From contig OZ251236.1 in the NCBI GenBank assembly GCA_965240325.2, forward strand, positions 744,001-808,000: a DNA stretch of 64,000 nt, read 5' to 3'. The notes beneath the pieces were generated by a model that saw only the letters and a program-made list of their open reading frames with translations, made no database searches and had not been told where the DNA came from. The DNA is from Rebecca billardiae RCC1528. Lineage: Eukaryota > Protista > Haptophyta. The translations under genes were made by a program, and so were the position numbers. Shown here piece after piece: positions 1 to 12,706 of this stretch (positions within the stretch are counted from its first letter, which is position 1; every line of letters starts with the position of its first letter).

Positions 1-361
1 TCTGCACAGTTGGCAGCCTGCTGGCGGTGGCATGGACTGAAACTAGACTGTACATAACCGACGGCGCAAGGCTTTGCCTTCTGGGGACCGATCCGCTGAC
101 ACTGTCGTTCTGTCCGCTGTCGCTGACGACTGTCGCCTTGGCAGTTGGCTGCGCTCGCCTTGGCTTGCAGCCAAGGCGGCACAAGTAGTCGCTCGCCACG
201 GCGGCGGACGCCATCGTGCGCGGAGAAATCGGGGTTATTTCTATTTCTTTGATTTCACTTATTCTCTCAAACGCTTTCGTCAGCAGCCCGACTGCAGCGC
301 ACCGAGCCGCGCCAAGCGCGTCGCCGACGAGAGCGCAGGAGACGAGGTGCGCTCCGGAGTG

Positions 362-1745
362 ATGGTGTCGGCGCTGTGGATCACGGTGGCGTACGTGGCC
401 ATCGTGGGCTTCGGCTGCATGCTGCTGCTCCTCGGCCCCCAATCCTCGGGCCCCATCGGTCGCGTACACCGCTGCGTGTGCAGCTGCCTCGGCTCGTCGC
501 GCGAGCGGCTTCGGAAGCTGCTGGGCAACAGCTGCTGCGATCGCTTCGAGGCGGCGGAGGAGTACGCGTGCTGGCATCCGAACCCGATCATCGCCAGCGT
601 GTACGTCATCATCATGCTCGGCTTCGCCTTCTCCATCGTGCGCTACCTCTTCCCGCTCGTGCCCAACGCGCGCATCCCGTGGCTGCACCGGCCGCTGTCG
701 CTGACGATCGTCGGCGTCGGCATGGCGCTGCACCAGTGGTGCTGCTACGCGGACCCGGGGACGATCACGCAGGAGAACGTCGACGAGTACGCCGACGGCT
801 TCCCGTACGACGGCATCATGTACATCCCCAAGTTCTGCACGACGTGTCAGATCGTGCGGCCCGCGCGTGCCAAGCACTGTGCCATCTGCGACCGCTGCGT
901 CGCCAAGTTCGACCACCACTGCCCGTGGCTGAACAACTGCACGGGCGAGCGGAACTACCGGCTGTTCCTCGCCTTCCTCGCGTACCACACCTTCGTCTGC
1001 GCCTACGGCGCCGTGATGCTCGTGCGCCTCGGCGCGTTCCTCGCGTTTGATCAGCACAAGTTGCACGAGGCTTTCTACGTGCTGCCCGACGGCACGCACG
1101 TGCGCGTCTCGCTGATGATCGGGCTGCAGTACATGATCGCGACGCACCCGGCGCTGTGCGCGATGCTCTTCTTCGCCTGCGTGATGGGCGTCGTGATCGC
1201 GTGCTTCTTCGGTGCGCGGCGCCGCGCGGGTCGCTCGCGCGCACGCGCCGCGCGCCCGCTGCCACTCATTGCGCGCCTGCCTGCCCCCGCCCGCTCCCTC
1301 CTGCCCGGCCGCACGCGCCGCAGGCTACCACCTCTACCTCGTCGCCACGGGCTTCACCACGAACGAGACGTACAAGTGGACCGACCTGCACGCGGAGAAA
1401 CGCCGACACCGCAGGGCGCGCGACGCCGAGCGCGCGCGGCTGGCGGAAGTGGCTGCTGCGCCGGCGGAGGAGCAGTGGTTGAGCGCCGCCGACGCGCGCC
1501 CTGGCGCAGTGTACATGCTGGCAGACGCGACGCTGGTGCACATGTACAGCCGCGGCTTCTGGCGCAACCTGTGCGAGGTGCTCTACCCGCCGTCGCTGTA
1601 CCCGCCTTCGCGCGGCGCGCTCGTCCCTGACTGCGCGGCGGGTGCCGGCTCTGTGCCCAATCATGCGCAGGGCGCGGCCGCCGGCACCTCGGAGCCGGTG
1701 CGATCTGCCAAGCGCCGCGGCGCCGGCAGCAAGAAGAGCCGGTGA
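362..1745 (+). CDS. DHHC-type palmitoyltransferase (SWF1/ZDHHC4-like), 2 exons: 362-1211, 1324-1745, ~423 aa
   Basis: DPG motif, Cys-rich domain [35 protein letters not shown], several TM segments. A GT-AG intron at 1212-1323 joins FFG to [18 protein letters not shown], restoring the TTxE motif. Spliced length 1272 nt is in frame to TGA 1743-1745. Confidence 0.95.
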
Positions 1746-1973
1746 CGGCCCAGAGCAGCGCCCGTGCGAGGCTGCAGCGCACGGAGACTCGCCGCCGGCG
1801 TTGGCGGTAGTTGTGCTCGGCCACACGATCGACCGATAGTAACGGCCGGCGCCCGGCGGCCCGCCGCCCCAGGCGGCAGGCCCTGGGCCTGGGCCTGATG
1901 GCTCCAGCTGCTCGGACGGAAGTAGAAGTCCCGCGGCGCCAGCATCATGCGACGACGACATATTGGCATGCGC

Positions 1974-1975
<2 letters not shown>

Positions 1976-2045
<70 letters not shown>
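1976..2045. repeat. (TA)n microsatellite, ~35 units
   Basis: Perfect dinucleotide run seen directly. Confidence 0.99.
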
Positions 2046-2046
<1 letters not shown>

Positions 2047-3073
2047 TCTCTACTAATAGTAATACTAGCCGAGTCGTGAACACTGCTGCGGTGACGACTG
2101 CTCTGATGGTCGAGTGCTGATGCTGATGAGTGACGAATCACAGTGCAGGATTGGAATTTTCCGTGACGCTTCGGACGGTCCGCAGCTCGAGTCAGCGAAT
2201 CCGGTCTCGGCCGGACAGTGGAACTCGGGTGGAAGCCGCGACTTCGCGGCGGACGGAGCCTCAAACGAGCGGTGCCTCGGCTCGCGGCGCGATCTACTCG
2301 GCGAAGACCGACGAGGCTGCTCGCGGGCCCGACTATGCGTCGACGCGGGCTGGGGTCGTCTTCCGCGTGGCGCTGGGCAAGTTCCTCGCCGCCCTGACGG
2401 GTGCTCTCCTTTCGCCCTCACGGCGCGCGCGGTGCGTTTCGCGAGCTTCTTGCATGCGCCGCCCGCGGTTGCGCCCGAGCCTGATGCTTCAGTCGACACG
2501 GCAGGTGGCTCGCGCAGGGTGGGATTGTGTGCGGGTGCCGCTGGCGGTGCGTCTCACCCTCCTGAAATTGTGTGGGAGGCTGTGACATTGCACGCGTACA
2601 CCCCGCCACGCCCGCGGCCCGCCCGCGCAAACGCCGCGCCGCGCAGTTGTCTTTGACCTCGAGCGAGCCTGAGGCGTGGAGGCGACCGACGGCGGGGTGC
2701 GACTTGCCCACCGACCCGAGCCGCATCACCCAGCGCAGCCTCGCCCGCGACGACGCTTCGCCTGGCTGCCACTGCTCAGCCGCGTGCAAGGCGGGCTGGG
2801 CGACGTCTTTGCCGAGCGCGGCTGCAGCGCAGCACGCGAGAGGCTGGAGCGCCATGACGCGGATGGCGGAGCGGGCTTTGGGCTGGCTGGCATGAGCCGC
2901 CAGGCTGTACCGTCCGCGCAGATCGCGCTCGGCCCGGCCGCAGCCCTCCTGAGCGCGCGCCTCAGAGCTGAGACTGATCACGTGCACGCGCACAAGCCAC
3001 ACTGCCGTGGCTGTGTCGAGCAGCTGCGTGTGCTCGAGGCGCGGCGCTCGCACGGGCCACGCGGGCGCAGCGG

Positions 3074-3705
3074 GTGCGCGCAGCTGGCGCACGCAGTGCC
3101 ACGTCCTGCCGCGCCAGTTTGGCGGCCGTCCGCCCCCCCGAGCTCGAGTTCTGCGCGCTTTGCGACGGCGCGGCCGGCCGCGCCCATCTTCATGCTTGGG
3201 CACGCCAGCATGGCCGCCGCCGGGCCTGCTGCGCGCGCCGAAGCTGGAGGGCGGAGGAGGGCGCTGGGCTGCTCCTACGGCGTGCTGCAGCCCGGGCAGG
3301 CTTTTCCGCGGCGCGGCGAGGCCGTCGCGCCTGCTCGCCGCCGTCGAGTCGCCCGTGCTGAGTGACCGTCGGCCGCATGTGCTCGGCGGCACCGCAGGCA
3401 GGCGTCCCATACCAGTGTGCTCGAGCCGCTGCGCGCACCCAAGGCGAGCTGCTCGAGCGGGCTAGGTGGGCCCACGGAGTGCGCGCAGCTGGCGCACGCA
3501 GCCCCGCGTCATGGGGTGTCGGTTTGACGGTCGCCAGCCCCCGTGGGCTCGAGCTCTGTGCGCTTCACCACGGAGGTGCCGACGGCGCCCCGCGGCGCGC
3601 AACGGCGTGGCAGCATGGCCGCCGCCGGCGCCGCCGCACATGCCGCCGCTTACGGGCAGTCGAGAGCTTGGGGCAGCACCTACGGCATGCTGCAGCTCGG
3701 GCGGG
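3074..3705. repeat. Degenerate duplication with 405-bp offset (3074-3300 vs 3479-3705)
   Basis: Three anchors (gtgcgcgcagctggcgcacgcag at 3074/3479; cagcatggccgccgccgg at 3206/3611; cctacggcRtgctgcagc at 3274/3679) are all offset by exactly 405 nt. Confidence 0.8.
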
Positions 3706-6043
3706 CTCTGCCAGCCTGCTGTGGCGTGATCGCGCATTTTCCAGACCGTCGACTCGCCCGCGCTGCATATTTGTTTGCTGCGCGTGCTCGACGGCGCCGC
3801 TGCTGCCGCTACGGCCGCGCGTTGCTGCGTCGCGAGCCAGCCCGATGCGAGCTGAACGGCGGCGTGCTCATCGCTGCTGGCGCAGATGGGCGCGTCATGG
3901 TGGCCACGCACGATGCTGAGTGCTCGCGCGTGCCAGACGAGGCGCGTGCTCGCGCTGTGGCTCAATGTCCGGCAGTGCGCGTGGCAGGCCGCAGCTGCTC
4001 GACAACAGAACCAGCAGGCAGTGATCGGGCTGCGCACGCGCAGCTGATGGCGGCGAACGAGCGAGCCCGCACCGCCGCGCAAGGGCTGGGCGACTGGCGC
4101 CGAGGTGGCGCGCACGTCGTCCGCTGCCGTTGGCATCGCGGCGGACGCTTCAAGCTCGTTCGGCCGGCGTGTTTTCTCCGACGCCCACCTGCGAGCGCTG
4201 CCGGCACCGTGCTCGGGCGTCAGTATCGGTGGGCTCGAGCACGCGTGGTGAGGCGCTCGGAGCGGTCGACGGCCATGATCGGGCAGCGCACGGTGGGCGC
4301 AGGCCACGCGCACGCCAGCGCCCCGCGTGGCGTGGCTTCACGGGGCGCAGCCACCAGGAGACTGTGCTGCGACGAGCTCGGGCGCGCTCGGGCGCCGCTG
4401 CTCTGCATTTTCCCGAAAAATCGGTTTTCGTGCCCTCGACCGGCGGTATGCCGCCGGGGTGGCCGCAGCTGCGCTCGGAGCAGCGCGCACGCGCACCGCC
4501 GTGTGCGCCCGCCCGCTTTCGCCGCCGCCGAGCTCGAGCACAGCGCTGCGCGGGGCTGCGTAATGCCAACGGCGCATGATTTTTTGCCCGCGCCGAGCGC
4601 GCGTCGGCGCGCGCAGCGCGCTCAGGTGTGGCCTGCTACCAAGGTCTGTGCCACGATTCGACGCGCCTATGGTGCGCCGAATTTAGGCGCACCGCTTCAG
4701 AATTGTCCGATGATTCGACTAGTGGTGCGGACAACTTAAAACGTCACCCTGAGCAGTTTTCCGGCACTGTGATCATCATGCAGCATATATCAGCGCAGTG
4801 ATTCGCGACGATGTGCGGCGACCCCACAGGGCGGGGCTGGGCTTCCGAGTAGGAGCCGCGGCCCCGCCCCCAGCGCCCCGGCCCGCGGGCCGGTCCCACC
4901 TCGCAAGGGGGGGGGCAGCCACGCCAGCCTCTGGTGTGCCTGGTGCTGCGAAGAGGTCCAAGTGTTGGAAGAAGAAGCACCGCGCGGATGGCTCGCTGAA
5001 GCCGGCTGCGCGTGCGCGGCGGGACAAACGCGCTGCCGAGGCGAGTGATGGCCCGACGCCGCAGCTTCCCAACTCTGGCCCCTTCCGTGAGCTCGCGCCT
5101 TCGGCATCGTCGGACCCGTCGTCGCGGCCGTCCCGCATGTCTTCGGACCGCCAAGAGGCAGGGGGCTGCCATCACCCTCTGGGTGATGGCGCCCCGGCTG
5201 CGGCGTCTGGGCATGAGGGCGCGGCGTCGGCGACGACCGACGAGGTCGTGGGCGCGCTCTTCGCGGGCCCACTCGTCCCGATGGGGCGTGGGGCCGCGCC
5301 TGGCCCCTGTTCACAAGGTGTTTGTGTTCGGGGCAGGCGAAGGCTCTGTGCCACAACCGGGGTAGGTGGGCAGACAGGGGCTGGCGGCAGCCGAGAGGGG
5401 CCGCTTTCCCCCGCCCCCGCTGCTGCGAAGGCGGCGGGGGTGCGCTGCTTGCCTCCGCAGGCGAGCAGCGCGCAGTTTACGCCGGGCATGTGGACCTGCC
5501 CACCCTTCATCTTCCAGTTCTTCCCTTCGGCTGGGGCTCGATCAGTCGACGTGGCGTCGCTCACAGCGCAGGCAGGTGTTTGGCGCGGCTGCACTCTCGA
5601 GGTGGCTGGGATACAACATCCAGGTGCAGCACCCTCCCCGTGTGGTGTCAGAGCGCGCTCCCGAGCGCGTGCCTCCGAGCGCGGGGCGGCCGCTTGCTGC
5701 AATGGCCGCCTCGATGAGGTGCGGCAACGCGCCCCTCACCTGCCTGCGCTGGTCTGTTTTGTGGCGGTGTCTTTGTGCAGTGTTGGATGGCGTCAATCAC
5801 GCCTTAACCAAGTGTGCACGTTAAAACATAGTAAACTGTATGCTGCGCGGTATAGTGCCACTGTCAGATCGCGATTCTGGACTGTGATGATCATCGCCCG
5901 GCCCGCGCATATCTGATCGGCGCGGACGACAACGATCAGCGCATGCATATGCGATGACGAATCGTCGTGCGTCGAGTGATGCCACTGATGATGACGACGG
6001 TGAGAGCGTTCTGATGCTGTATCCTGGTCACGCAACAACCTAT

Positions 6044-7220
6044 CTACACAGCGTTAGCGCCGGTCGGCATTCGCGCTCCCGCGCGCGACGGCGTGATCGT
6101 GTTCATGTCGCCGGCGCCGCCGTACGGCGCCGCGTAGGGGCGCGGCGCGCCTCCGCTCGGGGTGCTCGCGCCACCTGCGCCGGAGAAGAGGCGGAAGGGG
6201 GCGGCGAAGGCGTCGGCCACGCTGTCGAGGAGTGACGGCTGCGGCGCCGTCTCGTGCCTGCTCGACGGCTCCTCGGGCACCGACGGCGGCCTTGGCCGCT
6301 CCTGCGGCCGCGCGGCGCTCATTCCGAGCAGCGAGTTCGCCGCGGCCTCGAGCACCGAGGGTCTGTTGTAGTTGGCCGAGCCGTCCGAGCTGCGCGAATT
6401 CTTGCGCACCTGGTGGCCACGCATGGCGGCCTGGATCCGGGCCGCCGCTAGCTCTTCTTTCTGGTGGTCCGCCTGCGGATGCACGGCGCGCGCGCGGGGT
6501 GGGCGCGGGGCTCAGGTGAGCGCGAGCACGAGCGAGCGAGAGCGTGCAGGCGTGGTCGCGCGCGCGCCGGCGTGCGCGCGGCGCGGGCAGGCACGCACCA
6601 AGTACATCGACCTGAGGAACACGAACGTGCCGATGCAGAGCAGCATGAGCACAGCGGAGCCCGCCGCCACGCCGATACCGATGACAAGCGGGCGATCGAC
6701 CGCCCCAACTGCCGAGCTGTCGACTGTCGGGTCCGCAGCTGCGCCGCTGCGGCCGCTGCCGTCGCCGTCGTCGTCGTCGTCGTCGCCAGACGTATCAGAC
6801 CCGCCCACGCTGCTCGCACTCGCGGCGGAGTCGTCGGGTGGCGGCGAGGGCGAGGGCGGCGGCGGCGATGGCGGCGAGGGCGGCGAGGGCGGCGGCGAGG
6901 GCTGCGGCGGCGGGCTCGGCGGCGGCGGCGGGCTGGGCGAAGGCGGCGACGGCGGCGGTGAGGGCGGCGGCGGCGGTGTCGGGCTGGGCGGCGGCGGCAG
7001 TGGCGAGGGTGGTGGTGGCGGCGGCGGCGAGGGCGGCGGTGGCGGTGGCGGCGAGGGCGGTGGCGGCGGGCTAGGCGGCGGGCTGGGTGGCCCGCTCGGC
7101 GGCGGGCGCGGCGGCGGCGGGCTGGGCGGCGGGCTGGGCGGCGGGCTGGGCGGCGGCGGGCTGGGCGGCGGCGGGCTGGGCGGCGGGCTGGGCGGCGGCG
7201 GGCTGGGCGGCGGCGGGCTG

Positions 7221-7253
<33 letters not shown>

Positions 7254-10200
7254 GGCGGAGGCGAGGGCGGCGGCGGCGGCGGCGGGCTTGGCGGCGGCGG
7301 GCTCGGCGGTGGGCTCGGCGGCGGGCTCGGCGGCGTGCTGGGCGGCGGCGGCGGTGGGCTTGGCGGCGGGCTGGGCGGCTTGTTCGGCGGCGGGCTCGGC
7401 GGCGGCGGGCTCGGCGGCGGGTTGGGCGGCGGGCTGGGCGGCGGCGGGTAGGTGCAGTCCGAGCTGTCCAGCGTGGCGCGGGAGTTGTAGTTGGTCGCGA
7501 TGCTGTCCGTGCAGCCGGGGACCACGCACGTGCCGCTGTCTACGTCCGCCTCCGAGTCGTAGTTGAGCGCGTCGGTCGCCGTGCAGCCACGAATGGGGAG
7601 CACGCAGCTGAAGTCGTCCGTGTTGGCGCTCGAGTCGAAGTTGGTCGCGGCCGTATCCGTGCAGCCGGGAAAGACGCACGTGCCGTCGTCCGTGTCCGCG
7701 TTGGGCACGAAGTTGGTCGCGTACGAGCTGGTGCAGCCGAGGCGCGGGTAGGTGCACGTGCCGTCGTTCGAGGTGGCCGTCGGGTTGAAGTTGGTCGCGG
7801 CCGTGTCCGTGCAGCCCTGGTACACGCAGCTGCCGTCGTCCACGGTCGCGGCGGAGAGGTAGTTGGCCGCTGCCGAGCTCATGCAGCCGCGCACGGCGAA
7901 GACGCAGCTGCCCGGCTGGTTCAGCCCCGCCGTCGAGTCGTAGTTCTCCGCGGCAGTCTTGGTGCAGCCCGCGTACACGCACGAGCCGTCGTCGAGCGTC
8001 GCGGCGGCGTTGAAGTTGGCTGCCGCCGTGTCGGTGCAGCCCGAGACGTCGAACACGCAGCTGCTGTCGTCGACGGTGGCGCCCGAGTCGAAGTTGTTCG
8101 CGCTGGGCGAGGTGCAGCCGACCACGGGCTCGATGCACTCGCCGCTGTCCACGTTCGCCGCCGACAGGTAGTTGATCGCCGTGCTGCTCGTGCAGCCGAC
8201 CACGTCGAACGTGCAGCTGCCGTCGTCCAGCTCGGCGACCGAGTCGTAGTTGGCCGCGGCCGAGACGGTGCAGCCGGGGACGGGGAAGACGCACGAGCCG
8301 TCGTCGACGGTGGCCTTGACGTTGTAGTTCGTGGCGCTCGAGGCGGTGCACCCCTCGACGGCGCACGTGCCGTCGTCCACCACCGCCTCCGAATCGAAGT
8401 TGGACGCGCTCGCGTCCGTGCAGCCGAGCGGCGCGGGCACGCCCGTCGCCGCCTCCAGACCACCGAGGCCGGACTGCGCGGCACTCACACCCTTGCTGCG
8501 GCTCGGCGTGTCCGGCTCGCGCGTGCCGTCCACCACCGCGGTGCGGAAGCTTGCGCTCGTGGCGACGGCGTCGCTCGCGGCGCTCGCTCGCGCGGCGGCC
8601 CCGGGGTCGGCCAGCCCTGGATCCGCCGCCAGCATGTCCGCCATCAGCGCCTCGAGCTGAGATGCGTCGTACACGGCGTCGGCGCCGTCGAGCGCGCCGA
8701 GCGCGGCGATCGTCGACTCGGCCGTCGCGCCGCCGAGCGTGGAGGTGACGGTGGCGACGGCGTTGCTGATGGCGCTGTGCGCAGCGAGCACGTGTGCGGC
8801 GAGCTCCTCGCCGGCGATCAGCCCGGCCATCGCGTTGTACGTCGTCACGTCCACCTCGACCGCCGGGTCGACGCCGTTGAGGAACACGCGGCGCGCGCGC
8901 TCGCTCGCAGCGCTGAGGTCAGCACTCTCGAGCTCGCTCGCGCGCCGCGCTCGCGCGCCGCTCGCGCCCGCGGCAGCGCCGAGGCCGTGCACCTCGACCA
9001 TCGCCGTGAGCACGGTGGTGAGCGGCGTGATCACGGTCGAGCCCGCGGGCGCGCTCAGGTCGAATCCGAGCGGCGCATCCGTGTAACGGTCCGTGCAGCC
9101 CGCGCCCGAGCGCAGCTCAAAGGAGGCGGTGGTCGTGTATGTGAGCGCGTACGCGCCGTTGTCGCTCGTCGTGTCGCGCACCTCGGCGTCGGCGAGCGCG
9201 TCGCAGCCGCCGAGGTAGCCGAGCACGAACGCGCGGCCCGAGGCGCGCGTGAACGTGCAGCTCGAGTCGAGCAGCGTCGCGCTCGGGTCGTAGTTCACAG
9301 CGAGGCTGTTGGTGCAGCCCGCGTACTGGCAGCTGACAGTGGCCGGCTGGCGCGTGGCCGCGGCGATGTAGTTGACGGCTGTCGAGTCGACGCAGCCGTC
9401 GACGTGCGCGACGCACGAGAAGTCGGTGCGCGTGGCGCTGGGGTCGAAGTTGACGGCATCGGAGTCGGTGCAGCCGGGGTACTCGCAGCTGCCGTCGTCA
9501 GTGTTCGCCGTGGGCGAGTAGCTCGGGCTGAGCGAGTCGGTGCAGCCGAGCACCGTGAAGACGCAGCCGCCGTCGTCGAGCGTCGCGGCCGAGTTGTAGT
9601 TGAGCGCGCTGAGCGCCGTGCAGCCGGGCACGGTCGGGATGCAGCCGCCGTCATCCGTGTTCGCCGCCGCGTTGTAGTTGATCGCGCTCGGGTCGGTGCA
9701 GCCGAGCACCGGGTACACGCAGCTGCCGTCCTCCACGTTGGCCGTCGAGAGGAAGTTGAGCGCGACCGCGGCGGTGCAGCCCGGGACGGGCTGGACGCAG
9801 CTGCCGTCGTCCGTGTTCGCGACCGAGTTAAAGTTGAGCGCGGCCGAGTCGGTGCAGCCGAGGATGGCGTACGTGCAGCTGCCGTCGTCCGTGTTCGCCG
9901 ACGCGTCGTAGTTGGTCGCGCGGCTCGCCGTGCAGCCGCGGACGAACGGCACGCACGAGCCGTCGTCCGTGTTGGCGGCCGCGCGGTAGTTCTTGGCGGT
10001 CGAGTCGGTGCAGCCCAGGACGGCGTAGAAGCACTCGCCCGGCGCGAGCACGACGGCGAGCGAGTCGTAGTTGTCGGCGGACGGGTCGGTGCAGCCCATG
10101 CGCGGGGGTGGCGGGCTCGGCGGCGGGCTCGGCGGCGGCGGTGGTGGCCAGCTTGGAGATGGGCTTGGCGGCGGCAGCGGCGGCGGGCTCGGTGGCGGTG

Positions 10201-12706
10201 ATGGCGGCGGGCTCGGTGGTGGCGGCGGCGGCGAGCTCGGTGGCAGTGATGGCGGCGGGCTCGGTGGTGGCGGCGGCGGCGAGCTCGGTGGCGGTGATGG
10301 CGGCGGGCTCGGCGGTGGCGGCGGCGGCGGCGAGCTCGGGGGCGGCGGGCTTGGAGGTGGCGAGGGCGGCGAGGGTGGCGGGAGCGGCTCGGCTCGCGGC
10401 GGAGGCGGTGCGGCTGGTGGTGGGCTCGGCGGCGGTGGCGGGCTCGGCGGCGGCGGCGGTGGCGAGCTGGGCGGCGGGCTCGGTGGTGGCGGCGGCGGCG
10501 AGCTGGGTGGCGGGCTCGGCGGCGGTGGCGGTGGCGAGCTCGGCGGTGGACTCGGCGGCGGCGGCGGTGGCGAGCTGGGTGGCGGGCTCGGCGGCGGCGG
10601 CGGCGGCGAGCTCGGCGGCGGGCTCGGCGGTGGCGGTGGTGGCGAGCTCGGCGGCGGGCTCGGTGGTGGCGGCGGCGGCGAGCTGGGTGGCAGGCTCGGC
10701 GGCGGCGGCGGTGGCGAGCTGGGCGGCGGGCTCGGTGGTGGCGGCGGCGGCGAGCTGGGTGGCGGGCTCGGCGGCGGCGGCGGTGGCGAGCTGGGCGGCG
10801 GGCTCGGTGGTGGCGGCGGCGGCGAGCTGGGTGGCGGGCTCGGCGGCGGTGGCGGTGGCGAGCTCGGCGGCGGGCTCGGCGGCGGCGGCGGTGGCGAGCT
10901 GGGAGGCGGGCTCGGCGGCGGCGGCGGTGGCGAGCTGGGTGGCGGGCTCGGCGGCGGCGGCGGTGGCGAGCTGGGCGGCGGGCTCGGTGGTGGCGGCGGC
11001 GGCGAGCTGGGTGGCGGGCTCGGCGGCGGCGGCGGTGGCGAGCTGGGCGGCGGGCTCGGTGGTGGCGGCGGCGGCGAGCTGGGTGGCGGGCTCGGCGGCG
11101 GCGGCGGTGGCGAGCTGGGTGGCGGGCTCGGCGGCGGCGGCGGTGGCGAGCTAGGCGGCGGGCTCGGCGGCGGCGGCGGCGGCGAGCTTGGCGGCGGGCT
11201 CGGCGGCGGCGGCGGCGGTGAGCTGGGTGGCGGGCTCGGCGGCGGCGGTGGCGGCGAGCTCGGCGGCGGCATCGGCGGCGACAGTGGTGGCGGGCTCGGC
11301 GGCGGCATCGGCGGCGGCGGCGGTGGAGGGCTCGGTGGCGGCATCGGCGGCGGCGGTGGTGGCGGACTCGGCGGCGGCATCGGCGGTGGCGGTGGCGGCG
11401 GGCTCGGCGGCGGTATCGGCGGCGACAGTGGTGGCTGGCTCGGCGGCGGCATCGGCGGCGGCGGCGGCGGAGGGCTCGGCGGCGGCATCGGCGGCGGCGG
11501 TGGTGGAGGGCTCGGCGGCGGCATCGGCGGCGGTGGCGGCGGAGGGCTCGGCGGCGGCATGGGCGGCGGCGGTGGTGGCGGACTTGGCGGCGGCCTCGGC
11601 GGCGGCGGCGGCGGAGGGCTCGGCGGTGGCATCGGTGGCGGCGGTGGCGGCGGGCTCGGCGGCGGCATCGGCGGCGGCGGCGGCGGAGGGCTCGGCGGCG
11701 GCATGGGCGGCGGCGGTGGTGGCGGGCTTGGCGGCGGGCTCGGCGGTGGCATCGGTGGCGGCGGCGGTGGAGGGCTCGGCGGCGGCATCGGTGGCGGCGG
11801 TGGTGGAGGGCTCGGTGGTGGGCTCGGCGGCGGGCTCGGCGGTGGCGGTGGCGGGCTTGGTGGCGGACTGTACCGCAAGCTCAGACTCGGCGGCGGCGGG
11901 CTCGGCGGTGGTGGGCTCGGTGGCGGCGGCATTGGCGGCGGCGGGCTCGTGTCCAGCTGGACTGGCGGCGGGCTCGGCGGCGGCATCGGCGGCGGCGGTG
12001 GCGGCGGGCTTGGCGGCGGCATCGGCGGCGGCGGCGGCGGAGGGCTCGGAGGCGGCATCGGCGGCGGCGGCGGTGGAGGGCTCGGCGGCGGCATCGGTGG
12101 CGGCGGTGGCGGCGGGCTTGGCGGCGGCATCGGCGGCGGCGGGCTCGTGTCCAGCTGGACTGGCGGCGGGCTCGGCGGCGGCATCGGCGGCGGCGGCGGT
12201 GGAGGGCTCGGCGGCGGCATCGGCGGCGGCGGCGGCGGCGGGCTCGGCGGCGGCATCGGCGGTGGCGGCGGCGGCGGGCTCGGTGGCGGCATCGGCGGCG
12301 GCGGCGGCGGAGGGCTCGGTGGGGGGCTCGGCGGCGGGCTCGGCGGTGGCGGTGGCGGGCTTGGTGGCGGACTGTACCGCAAGCTCAGACTCGGCGGCGG
12401 CGGGCTCGGCGGTGGTGGGCTCGGTGGCGGCGGCATTGGCGGCGGCGGGCTCGTGTCCAGCTGGACTGGCGGCGGGCTCGGCGGCGGCATCGGCGGCGGC
12501 GGCGGCGGTGGCGGGCTCGGCGGCGGGCTCGGTGAGGGCTGGGGCGCGATCGCAGCGTTGGCGGAGCACAGATGTCCAACGATTGCGCAGAGCGCCAGAA
12601 GAAGGTGCCCTCCGCCGCCTCGGCACACCTTCCCCGGCGAGCGCGATGGGGCGGTTGCGCGCCGCTGCTGCGGTGCGAGCATGCTCGTGACGAGGGAAGC
12701 GGCCAT
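6044..12706 (-). CDS. Giant type-I membrane protein: signal peptide, extensin-like Pro-rich stalk, GCTD Cys repeats, adhesin-like domain, TM, cytosolic IQ motif. Exons 12706-6599 and 6472-6044, ~2178 aa
   Basis: Long ORF 6512-13090. Probable ATG 12706 is followed by hydrophobic HLLLALCAIVGHLCSANA. TM is PLVIGIGVAAGSAVLMLLCIGTFVFL. A phase-0 GT-AG intron at 6598-6473 joins it to ADHQKEELAAARIQAAMRGHQVRK (IQ motif). Start codon uncertain. Confidence 0.88.
7447..8425 (-). repeat. 13 tandem GCT(D)xxAxN(Y/F)xxxAxxDDGSC coding repeats (24-27 aa)
   Basis: Counted in the translation from GCTDASASNF to GCTDSIATNY. Confidence 0.95.
9250..10096 (-). repeat. 11 tandem GCT(D)xxAxN(Y/F)xxxAxxDDGSC coding repeats
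   Basis: Counted in the translation from GCTDPSADNY to GCTNSLAVNY. Confidence 0.95.
10100..12545 (-). repeat. Pro-rich coding minisatellite (30-nt units: PPPSSPPPPP / PPPMPPPSPP) with a ~504-bp internal duplication
   Basis: A 30-nt period is visible at 10440-11270. The SLSLRYS marker (gtaccgcaagctcagactc) occurs at ~11870 and ~12374; VQLDTS occurs three times. Confidence 0.93.

Noticed and set aside
74-361. Upstream extension of the DHHC ORF from a TTG start
   Set aside because: Non-ATG start and non-coding-like sequence; ATG 362 begins the hydrophobic N-terminus.
1266-2264. ORFs with (YI)n tracts
   Set aside because: Translation of the (TA)n microsatellite.
2130-2585. 151-aa plus-strand ORF
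   Set aside because: GTG start, no recognisable motif, no convincing spliced model.
4671-4720. 8-bp hairpin GGTGCGCC-n7-GGCGCACC followed by CTAG (Helitron 3' end?)
   Set aside because: CTAG is ~25 nt downstream, further than typical; no 5' end or second copy; short GC stems arise by chance here.
4776-5138. FSEPSARCFFFQHL, resembling a kinase alpha-E segment
   Set aside because: No other kinase motifs (HRD, DFG, APE) nearby in any frame.
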